Source of the DNA: Dendrobates tinctorius
Lineage: Eukaryota
Length of the DNA: 64,000 nt
Reading direction: 5' to 3'
NCBI RefSeq assembly: GCF_039654945.1
Contig: NW_027362024.1
Span: forward strand, 620,001-684,000
A model generated the notes under the pieces. That model did no database searches. It saw nothing but the letters and a program-made list of their open reading frames with translations, and was not told where the DNA came from. The position numbers and the translations under genes are program-made. Positions 48,901 to 60,900 of the stretch are shown piece after piece. The first letter of the stretch is position 1. Each line of letters starts with the position of its first letter.

Positions 48901-51900
48901 AAATTCACCAAAGAAAAAGTAAGGGGGTAAAAGAACAATGCACCTGATATCCTACAGATCATCACCTTGCAATGGTAAAACATTTGCTGGCCACATCATT
49001 TGTATTATGACATTTCATTGCTGCATAAAAGCAGCTATATCCAATTATCCCAAAAATGAACCTCAATTGAGGTAAAATTAATGCCGGTGAATATAATAAA
49101 GGCTAGACAATTCTATACCTGTAAATGCGGGTGGAGATGCCTGGACGTCCCTCGACCCCAACGCGCGTTTCGCACTGCTTCTTCGGGAGGCGTGTCAGGG
49201 CAGGGGGAGATCCGATTTATATACCAGTACCACGTGTGCATAATCATTAAAAGTTGCGCAAACCTGCGTTCACTATGTCCACCATAATAGATCGCTACTG
49301 GCGCCTGCGCAGAAAACAATTGTACCGTTGTGGGGGATCAGTGGCGGCGCCTGCGCAGCATAGGTCTATAGTCACTATACCAAATGATCAGCTGCACCTG
49401 CGTGCGATGAACACCAAAGGTCCTGCTCAAATCCCAATACTGAGGTGTTTATGACGCATGCGCTGCATCACGTGGGACATAGAGTCCAATGGGAATAATA
49501 CTTTGCGGTCACATGATAAGGCATCGCCAGGTCCTATGTGGAGATGTGCGCACCTAATTCATGAACAGACCGCTTTGCATTTTCCACCGTCCCCGTATAC
49601 CACGCACGCGTGCTACCACAAATGGGTGGGCATGAAATAACACGACCACAATTCCATCATATCATATTAGTGAATACATAGCTATAATAAAGTGACGGTG
49701 CAATTAAAGTATCAGTAAATCGATAAAAGAGCTATGTCTAAATATTCATATCTAGTGCAAACATGAACTCGATTATGATATTCCAATGCCCTGTCAATAT
49801 CAAAAAAGTATATATAACGTTTATACGCTGTACTAGGATTAACCAATACATTTGTTATTAATATCACATGATAATATTCCTCAGTAATATCAGACTTTTG
49901 ATTATAGTATTTAACTGACAAGACAATATCAAAAACTATACATAATATTTGAATGCCGTACTAGAATGGTATTATTAATATCGCATAGCGGTATCACTCA
50001 GCAACATCACCACTCAAGTGCAAAGCACAAGAGATGATAATGTCACACAAGGCGTCACTGCTGCGGTGTCAACCAAAAACAGCATAACACAAGATCTCAT
50101 GGTCATTTCATATCCATAATGGCATCCATCCATCTATTAGTGCAGGACAACGAAACCCCATCGTAAAAAATCCTCTTCATGATCCCATCTGAGGAAAGAT
50201 GTACATCATTCTGCGATATGAACAGGAGTGGAGGCAGGAGTACTAAACAAAAATAAATAAAATTAAAAACAGACACACAAACTAATTGACACATTAAAAC
50301 CCCCTACCCTCAAAGTAGCCACCCCTAAAGTTATCAGAGATAAGCGCTAAAGCCAAAGCTTTCATCTAGACCCTGGGGTGTGAGGGTCCCCAGCCTATAA
50401 ATCCATTGACATTCTTTTTTGGCCAGTATTTTAGAAACATCCCCCCCCTCTAGGGCCAAGGGTCACCATATCATTCCCCTTCACCTTAAGCAGTCTAGAA
50501 TTACATTGATGGAACTTCCTGAAATGCCTAGGAAGGGTCTTTAGAGAGCTGATGTCAGTGGCTGTTTTAGCTTTCTCAGTGGTCTAAACAGTGCTCACGG
50601 ACATGAACTTTGAGCTCACGACTGGTCATACCTATGTAAATTTTTCCACAGGGACACTCTGCATAATACACAACCCCCTTAGATGAACAGGTGATATTGA
50701 CCCTAATGTCAAATTTTCTAGACTGGTCAAAGTTAGAGAAACTAAAGCCCTTTTTCATATTAGCACAACCCTTGCAAAACCCGTAAGGGAAAAACCCTGT
50801 TAAGAGTGGCGGAAGGCACTAAAAAAAATAAATAATTAAAGTGCCTTTGCCACTCGGGGTCCACCGTGCGGCAGATGGCAAAACCGCTGCTAAGGGAGGC
50901 AGTGCACTACAGCGGTAGTGTGCACAGGGTTCTAAATCACCCAAGTGCAAAAGAGGCAGTCTCTGTTATGGGACACAGAGCTGCACAGGAAAATAATAAA
51001 GAAAAGGTAACGCTGAGCCTGTTAAACGCACAGCGGCACACTTACGGTAGCCGAACACAGGAGTAGTTAAAGTGGCACTACAACCAAACGGACTTACCGT
51101 AAATGAGCGTGTGCATGGCGTCGCAACTGCGAATGCCACAGAAGTCTGCAACCGCAATAACGCAAGCGCGATGCAGGACGCTTTGCTGCTGAGATGGCTT
51201 GAAGCTTGAGCGCGCTGGCGCTAGCGCTGCTACTGGCTGACCCAATCACTCACACACTCGTAATAACCGAGGGAAGGGGTTTCATAATAAGTCATCCACC
51301 AGACCAAGCATCCATCAACAAACATACAGCTGCAAGTATCAGAAAATACTAGCGCATGGCATAATGGCCATGCGCACTTTTTATAGTGACCGGGACCTTC
51401 CGGAAATCTCCAGAGACCTCAGCTGAACCAATGGAATCAGGAGCAGGACCTGAGCACCTGACTCCTGAACTCCAATGGGAGCTCATTCCAGGAGCATGCT
51501 CACAAGCTGGCAGAAAGGACTTAGCCTCTGGAGATGAATGTGAGGATCTGGATCTCTGCATTAGTATGGCAGGACACAGATTCCTAACATTACCCCCCCT
51601 CCTAAGGCCCCCTCCTCCCCGAGCCCTGGTAGGAGTTACAGTAACCCGAGACACCTGGAAGGCATCAGAGGAACCGAGGTCACCAGGTTTCAAGAGGGAC
51701 ACTTGGGAGATAGTAGGAGCGGGAGTGACAGAGGCAGTTGTCGCCACCCTCTGTCTAGGAGGGTTAGGCTGAGCACACAAGGTGCAAGCCTGAATATATC
51801 TTTTTATGTCCCGAGCTCAATGGGGCCACCAATACGCACCAGCCAACAGTTTTGAGACCTGCATATAGCCCCGATGGTGGTGCGTGTTAGGTGCATGCGC

Positions 51901-54900
51901 CCAGGCGAGCACCTGATCCCTAAGATGAGGAGGAACAATGGTCTCGATAACTGGTTCAGACTCCAACCTTTGCGGGGAGACGGCTTCCGGAGAAACCGCA
52001 CAGACAGATGACAACCGCAGATGGATTCCTGGTCGGAGTCTGAATTAAGGTTGGTACGAGATATCTCCATGGGCTCAGGAGGTAGAACCTCTGGCTCCGC
52101 CAGCTCAAGGGGTTCAAAAAATTTGGGAGCTGAAACGGATTTGCGCTTGGAGTGCGCCCGCTCCATACCGCGCTCCGAAAAACGGAGGTCAATCCGTGAG
52201 GAGACGGAGATTAGCTCCTCTAAGCTGGTGGGGATCTCTCTAGTAGAGAGAGCATCCTTCACATGCTCCGCTAGACCTCGCCAAAAAACGGGGATTAGGG
52301 CCTTGTCGGACCATTCCAACTCGGACGCCAGTGTCCGAAAACGGACGGCATACTGGCTAACCGAGAGTAACCCCTGAGTAAGGGCGAGTAGCTGCAGGGA
52401 CGTATCATGCGTGACCCGAGGACCGAGAAAAACTTGCCTGATGGCAGTCAGCAAGTTAGCCGCGGACCGAATCTCGGGGTCACCACGCTCCCACAGAGGC
52501 GTAGCCCATTCCAGCGCCTTGCCCGACAGTAGGGAGATGACAAAAGCCACCTTAGCCCGCTCCGTAGGGAATTGCGCAGCCAGCAGCTCTAGGTGTATCG
52601 AGCAATACTGATAAAACCCCTACAGGAGGCGCCATCCCCAGCATATTTATCGGGCAACGGGAGGTGGGTAACTGTCGGCGCAAGGGCGGACATGGACATA
52701 CGCCCTACCGCGTCCGTAAGTGCCTGGACGGCAGCATCTGTGGCCTGCGCAGCTGCGAGAGACCTCTCGAGGGAGGCCAAGCGAGCCTCGAGCTGACGCA
52801 CAAGCTGTAACAGCTGCTGCTGATCCGCCATCTCTAGCCAGACCCTGGCGCTAGTATTATGTTAAGAGTGGCGGAAGGCACTAAAAAAATAAATAATTAA
52901 AGTGCCTTCGCCACTCGGGGTCCACCGTGCGGCAGATGGCAAAACCGCTGCTAAGGGAGGCAGTGCACTACAGCGGTAGTGTGCACAGGGTTCTAAATCA
53001 CCCAAGTGCAAAAGAGGCAGTCTCTGTTATGGGACACAGAGCTGCACAGGAAAATAATAAAGAAAAGGTAACGCTGAGCCTGTTAAACGCACAGGGGCAC
53101 AGCGGCACACTTACGGTAGCCGAACACAGGAGTAGTTAAAGTGGCACTACAACCAAACGGACTTACCGTAAATGAGCGTGTGCACGACGTCGCAACTGCG
53201 AACGCCACAGAAGTCTGCAACCGCAATAACGCAAGCGCGATGCAGGACGCTTTGCTGCTGAGATGGCTTGAAGCTTGAGCGCGCTGGCGCTAGCGCTGCT
53301 ACTGGCTGACCCAATCACTCACACACTCGTAATAACCGAGGGAAGGGGTTTCATAATAAGTCATCCACCAGACCACGCATCCATCAACAAACATACAGCA
53401 GCAAGTATCAGAAAATACTAGCGCATGGCATAACGGCCATGCGCACTTTTTATAGTGACCGGGACCTTCCGGAAATCTCCAGAGACCTCAGCTGAACCAA
53501 TGGAATCAGGAGCAGGACCTGAGCACCTGACTCCTGAACTCCAAAGGGAGCTCATTCCAGGAGCATGCTCACAAGCTGGCAGAAAGGACTTAGCCTCTGG
53601 AGATGAATGTGAGGATCTGGATCTCTGCATTAGTATGGCAGGACACAGATTCCTAACAAACCCCTTACGTTCTGAATTTTTCTTATTTTTTTCTTTTCTT
53701 TTGGGGTCATATGCACTGTGGACCAATATATCCCGCAGGTTGGGGGCCCTTCTTGCCACAAAAGACGGTGCATCTGGCAAGCATTGTTTAAGAATGGGAT
53801 CAGTGAGAAGGATTTTCCAGTGTTTGTCAATAATTCCTCTCAATTCTGGCCACCTACTGTTATAATTGGTAATAAACCTTACCTGCTTGTCCCCCTCATC
53901 ACACGACACCAGGGGCTGATTTTTGTGAAGAAGTGATTCTCTTGGCGTATTTTTGGCTTTATTATATCCCCTTTGAATGGCCTGGTGGCCGTACCCTTGA
54001 TCTTGGAACCGTTTTTAAGAATACTGGATTGTTCCTCAAACTGAGGATCTTCCGAACAAATCCTCCTGATGCGCAGAAACTGGCCAATTGGTATGCCTTG
54101 AATTGTTGATTTAGGATGAGCGGCAGCGGCGGATTAAGTGGACTATGGGCCCGGGGCTGTTCATAAAACCTGGGCCCCTGTACCCCCCTTCCCACCTGAG
54201 CGCTGCGGTCCCCGTGCGGGAATTGACAGCCGTACGGACCGCAGCACTTGGTTTGCTGCGGGTCCATACGGAAAACCCGTCACCATTCCACCATGTGAAG
54301 CCCCCACTCATCCCCCCTTCATCCTGTGAAGCCCCCACTCACCCCCTTCATCCTGTACAACCCCAGTCACCCCCCTTCATCATATACATCCCCCAGTCAC
54401 CCCCCCGTCATCATATACAGCCCCCAGTCACCCCCCTTCATCATATACAGCCCCCAGTCACCCCCCTTCATCATATACAGCCCCCAGTCACCCCCCCGTC
54501 ATCATATACAGGCCCCAGTCACCCCCCCTTCATTGTGTACAGCCCCCACTCACCCCCTCCCCCATTTAATTCATTTTATAAATAAAAAAAAAATAAAAAA
54601 GTTCCCCATACTTACCTCACAGCCGGCTCGCTCCCCAGCAGCGCCTCTGCTTTCAGCATCCTCCGGGACATGTTGGCGCGTGCACGATGACGTCATCGCG
54701 CACGCCCGACATCTGACCCGGAAGTATAGCCGGAGGGCAGAGGCGTATCTAAGCTTTCTGGCACCCGGGGCAAGAATTTGGTCCGGGTGGCATTTGCCTC
54801 TCTGCCACCCGGCCCAGCCCGCCCCTGCCCCTGGGCCCCCAAAAAACCTTGGGCCCGGGGCGACCGCCCCATCCGCCCCTATTAGGATCCGCCATTGATG

Positions 54901-57900
54901 AGCGGAGGATGCATGCAGTAAGTAATTAGTTGATGTTGGTTTACGAAAAACCGTGGTAGACAAACTTCCATCAGGGAGCACTGAAAATGGATAAATCCAA
55001 GAAATTGATCTTTCGTCCAAATTTATAAGATAGTCTGATATTTTCATCGTTATCATTAAGTGCATTCATAAATGTCTCAAGGTCCACAACTGGACCCTCC
55101 CAGATGAACAAAATATCATCAATATAACGAATCCAGTTGTGGACCCGATCAACATTAGGGATCTCCTCACCTTGGACGATGGACCATTCCCAGGCCCCCA
55201 TAAACAAATTTGCATAAGAGGGGGCGCACGAGGCCCCCATTGCTGTTCCTCTTTGCTGCAAAAATATCTTCCCATCGAAAGTGAAGTCATTATGAGTAAG
55301 GATAAACCTCAACAGTTTCTGAATGACCGATAGAAAAATATAATGCCTCCACATCTGCGGTGACATGTACCATTTCCTCAGTAAGTTGAATGTTCTCCAG
55401 ATGACCCTAAGCTGCGCTAGTGTCTTTAATAAAAGAGGGCAGTTGTGTCACAAGAGGTTTCAAAAAGTGATCCACAATAGCACACGCTATTTCACAAAGG
55501 CCTTCATTAGCTAATTTTTTTTTTACTTTCACAAGAGTAACAGGAGAAAATGGACGATACATTTTGTTTTGCAAATTCTCATTTTTTTTTAGTGTAAAAT
55601 ATGCTGGAATAATTAGCGGTTGCCATGTCGCATTTGCAGAGCCCCTGATGTGTCTAAACAGTGGAAACTCCCAACAAGTGACCCTATTTTGGAAACTAGA
55701 CCCCTTAGGGAGCTTATCCAGATGTGTATTGAGCACCTTGAACCCACAGGTGCTTTACAGAAGTTCATAATGTAGAGCCGTGGAAATAAAAAGGCTAAAC
55801 CACTGTATGGGCGCATGGCAGAGCTTGAAAGGGAAGGAGCGCCATATTGGAGAGCAGATTTTGCTGGAATTATTTGTGGGTGACATGTCACAATGACGTG
55901 TCTAAACAGTGAAGTGACCCCATTTTGGAAACTAAACCCCCCAAGGAACTTATCTAGATGTGTGATGGGCACTTTGAACCCCCAAGTGCTTCACAGAAGT
56001 TAGTTACATACAGTTGTGAAAATAAAAAATCATATTTTTTCGACAAAAAATGAACTTTTCGATCTCAAATGTTTTTTCCAAAGGGTAACAGGAGAAATTG
56101 CACCCAGAAAGTTATTTTGCAATTTGTCCTGAGTATTCTGACACCTCATATGTGGGGGTAATCCACTGTTTTGGCGCATGGCAGAGCTCGGAAGGGAAGG
56201 AGCGCCATATTGGAGAGCAGATTTTGCTGGAATTGTTTGTGGGTGACATGTCACATTGTCAGAGCCCCTGAGGTGCCAGAACAGCATAAGCCCCAAAAGT
56301 GACTGCATTTTACCAAATACTTCCCTGAATGAATTCTTCTAGTGGTGCAGTGAGCATACTGACACCACAGCTGTTCCATAGAAAATTATACCATTGGGCA
56401 GTGAAGAAAAAATTACTGTAGTTTTCGGACCATAAGATGCACCCCAAATTTTCAAAACGAAAATAGGGGAAAAAATGTGCAAAATGGGGGTCCGTCTTAC
56501 AGTCTGAATTCAGCTTACCGGGGGGATCAGCACAGGTGCAAGAGTGATCACAGAGGTTGTTCGGTGGTCCATGCTGGTGCAGTGGCCTCCGGAAAATCCC
56601 ATCCCAGGCTGGTGCGGCAGCGGTGCTCTGTGCTGGGGTGGCGGCAGCGCTCTATGCTGGTGCAGCAGCGCTCTACCTGGGATGGTGGCAGCGCTCTGTG
56701 CTGGGGCGGCGGCGCCATTTTGTCAAAGCCGGAGGCCTCTGCAGCTCCATTGCTGCGATGTGGTGGCTTCTGGAAAAATGGCAACTGGGGGCGGTGCATG
56801 CTCAGATTCAGATCTCGGCAACGAGATCTTGGGGCGAGATCTGAATCTGAGCATGAGCCGCCCACAGCGGCCATTTTTCTGGAGACCACCACATCGCAGC
56901 AATGGAGCTGCAGGGGCCTCTGGGCTTTGACAAAATGCTGGCGGAGCCCTCCACGCAGCACAGAGTGCCGCTGCATCATTTGTAAGTATATTCCTACTAT
57001 AAGACACACCCCCATTTCCCAAAAAAAATATTTGGGAAAAAGTGCGTCTGATATTCCGAATAAAATGGTACATTTATGAGACGAAAATGTTTTTTAACCC
57101 CAGATATTACATTGGAAAATAGGTAGATAGGTAAATGGTCACTACACCCATAGATGAATTCCCAGAGGGGTGTCATTTCCAAAATGGGATCACTTCAGGG
57201 GGGATTCTGCTGTTATGGCACTTTGGAGAGCCGCTAAGTAACAGAACAACAGAATCCCCCCTGAAGTGACCCCATTTTGGAAATGACACCCCTCTGGGAA
57301 TTCATCTGTGTATATTGTGACCATTTTCACTACATGGATGATTTCCAGAAACTCGTAGTAGAAGTTTTATAGCAAAAATTGCAGAAATGTCATTGTAGTG
57401 CCCAATATATTGTGCCCAGCTTGTGTCTCTGGAGACCTCCCCCCACCTGCCCCCGGAAATTGTTAAGTCAGCTCTACTCAAATGTGTCTGTCACTAAATA
57501 ATCCAAATGCTTGAATGTCAAAACAGTTCAAAAACGTGGTTCTGTGTGGAAGATTGTAAAGCCGTCATGGAGGCATAAGGCTGGCAGTGATGGGCATTGT
57601 GGGTAATAATAGCGGGGATCATGCATCATTCCTCTCTAGGAACATACACGACATCTTCTCTGGGGGTTCTTTCTTGTTTCAGTTACTGGGATGAGTGCAA
57701 TAAAATGTCGCTCAGTGAGTCTTCTCACATCTTCAGATTCTAAAGGATTGTCGGGGACAACATTGTCAAAAACAAGATTTTCAGTGACCTTTTCCTGATA
57801 ATCAAGGAAAGTATCTGCATTTCCGGCTTTTTTGTATAACACAAAAGAATTATATGTGGCCACCTGAAACAAATACATGACTAACTTTTTATACCAGATA

Positions 57901-60900
57901 TATGATTTTCTTGATACCTGGTATGGCTGTAGAACCTGATCTGCAAGGTCCACACCCCCATATATTTGTTGTAGTCACTGACAGACACAGGTTTTGGAGT
58001 AGTGGATCCCTGTTGGTCTGCAGTGGCCCTTGTGGCATCTGTGTGGATCGAGCTCAGGATAAAAATATCTTTTTTATCCTTATACTTAAGGGCAAGCAGC
58101 TCTCCATTGTGTAAAGCCCCTGACTGCCCCTTTTGGAAATTTTCTTTGACCAATGACTGTGGAAACCCCTGACGGTTTTAGTGAATGGTCCCACAAGCCC
58201 CTATGTTATGTTCAACTAGATTTTTAAATAGAGGTATGCTGGTGTAGTAGTTGTCAACATACAGATTGTAGCCTTTATGTAAAAAAAAAAGGCTCAAAAC
58301 CATTTTTCCAGATGTCCCCAGATAAGTAGGGCATCCTGGTGGGTTTAGTTGGCTGTCTTTCCCCTCATAAATGCGAAAAGCTGATGTGTATCCGGTTGAA
58401 CTCTCGCACATTTTATAGAGCTTTATTCCGAACCTTGCCCTCTTAGAAGGAATAAATTGCTTGAGGTGCAGTCTTCCTTTGAATTTTACAAGGGACTCAT
58501 CAATGGAAATAACATAGGGGTGGCTTGAACAGGGCAGTTGGACCAATGGGACTGAATGCTCATTTTTTTTAACAAGCCCCATAGCGAATGTAAGTCCTAA
58601 AAATGTTTTCATTTCTAGGATATTGGTTGGTCCCATAAATGTGACCTAGCATAATAGGATGGTGGATTCTGGCTGATGAATTGGGAAACACATAAATTTG
58701 TCGGATAATATGCTCTAGCAAGCTATCTGTCAGAAACAAATTAATAAATATAATTAGTCCAAAATTTTCCACCTCCACATTTATACCAGGAATGGCATTA
58801 AAATTAGGGATGAATGGAGTAGCCGAATCCGAAGCCTCCCTTCTGAGAAATGCTACATCAAGAGGCAAAGCCCCTTGGACATTGGTGTGCACCAATTCAC
58901 GAGCACTAGGGACAGCGCTAGTACTGGGCATTGTTTTCTGAGTTGGAGACATTTCTCCAGAAGCGCTATTTGTCCTTCTTGTTGTACTGGTCCTTGTGTG
59001 TGTCAGGAACACCGCACTGCACTTGCTCACTGAACCAGTGCACGTGTCCTGAGTAAGACAAACTGTGCTCAGCGATACCTGTGGAGCGGGCAGCAGCAGA
59101 GAAGGTGCGTGCTTCAGACCAGCAGGACCTAAAGCATGTGACTGCTGGGGGCATGGCCTAAACCTCAGAGAGCTAGGAGCTGCAGGAAAACTCCTAGCAG
59201 GGTAACTACGGGACAAAGTTACCAAGGGGCATAGACAGGCTGGGGTCAAAGCACGAGATAGCACTACAAAACCAGAGGATAGGCAGAACGGTGAGTCAGG
59301 ATGTATCCAATGAGTCATACACAGAGATAGCTGCAAAGTACAAGAGAGGCGAGCAAAGAATAGTCAGGTCACAGGCAAGGAGTCATACACAGAGAGGGTA
59401 GCGCAGTACAGAATCAACAGGCAAATGCACAACGGGGGACAGAACCGGGTCAGAACCATATAAGCAAGCTAGAAGACAACGAACAGGCACACAGGGGTCA
59501 ACACACTCGGCCAAAGGCAAAAGTATAACTGATTGGAGTTTCTCAGGGCTATAAGAAGCTCTCCCTGAACCAAAGAGAGTCCACAATAATTAACCCCAGG
59601 CGTGCAGGTCAAAGCTTGCACTGGGCTCAAGACATTAACCCCTAACTGTGCAGGTCAAAACTTGCACTGGGATCATGACAGTGTGTGAGGATGGACCGGA
59701 ATCACTGCTCATTTCTGAGCTATCACTTCGCTGCTACTAAAGCCCTCGAAATCCACATCGCCATCTGGCACTGCACTTTCTTCACTGTCAGAACATAAAA
59801 GTGCATAAGCCTCCTCTGCACTATAATACTGATGGGCCATTTTATTCGTTTTATTTTTTTTTTCTGTAAATAGAAATCTCTGACATGACCAAATTATTGG
59901 GGAGACAATTGAGAAAAGCCTAATTCTTTACCCTACCCCTTACTTTAGAATAAACCCTAACCCTAACTTTAGCCTAACAGTAACCCTAACCCTAATACTA
60001 ACCCTAACCTGCCTTATCTGTTTTTTTTACTTTCTAGCACAATCGCTGACTGACACAGCTGTTCCCAGCAGCACTTGTAACACTGTTTCTCCTCTAATCT
60101 TTCACTGACAGGAGATCTGAGGAGAAACAGTGTTTTTATGAGGCAGATCGTCCGGGAAAGTTCGCTGCTACAACAAACTTTCCTAGTGATTTGTCTCATT
60201 GGCTGGTGTGATGCTGACGTCATGAGGACCTGAACCAATCAGGTCTCAGTGAGGTCAAGGGTCACAGGATGCATTGTGCGGTGGAATCTCCTTGTTATAG
60301 GATACATGGGGGCCCGATGAGCATAAAACCGCCCACCATAGACAAATGTCGGTACTGCACAAAGCCCTGCTAGCGCCAGCTTTTATCTACCTTTGACAGT
60401 CTGGAAGCGCATAAGTTAAGGGTACCATCATTTCTGTCCAGGCCTATTTCATGAGGTTTAATTTTCAAAAAATACTATGGAATCATGGTTGAAAAGCAAT
60501 GTCTGACTTTCATTTGTTCATTTTCATAGAGTTTTGATTTATTATTACTTTTGTCAGATTCAAGTTATTTCTGTGACCATTGTGGGTTTATCTGTCATTA
60601 AACGAGGGGCACCAACAATTTTGACCATGTGTGTAGGAGGAGTGAATATTTTGACTCCACAGCCACTTTCCAGAAATTAACACGCAGTGGATGTTGGAGA
60701 CTGAAAATTACACATTTGCTATTTTCTTACCCAGCACATAGTGCCCAGATTGTGCTCCAGGAGACACCGCAAATTAAGTGGATTCTTCTCACTATAATAT
60801 TGCTAAATACAGGGATCCTAAATGTTGTTTGCGCACACTGCAAGACTCCGAAGTGAGAGCGGATTTTGCTGGATTGGTTTATAGAAACCTTGTTGGTTTT

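Larger units (their letters stand above)
48600..55510 (-). mobile_element. Penelope-like element (RT + GIY-YIG + long 3' region), interrupted by an LTR element and a hAT element
   Basis: [20 protein letters not shown] and [10 protein letters not shown] (54971..55366). [18 protein letters not shown] (50576..50758). Continuity across both insertions via their TSDs. Confidence 0.87.
55513..60010 (-). mobile_element. decayed piggyBac transposon; transposase pseudogene ~59840-57540
   Basis: [47 protein letters not shown] and C-terminal RRCRVC..CPS..LC. Frameshifts present; repetitive subterminal region 55513-57430. Confidence 0.88.

Noticed and set aside
51804-52831. Domesticated PEG10/RTL-like gene
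   Set aside because: Flanked by young LTRs and a TSD and carries a frameshift, so it is a mobile element.
57540-59840. Domesticated PGBD4-like gene
   Set aside because: Multiple frameshifts, deletions and an LTR insertion.
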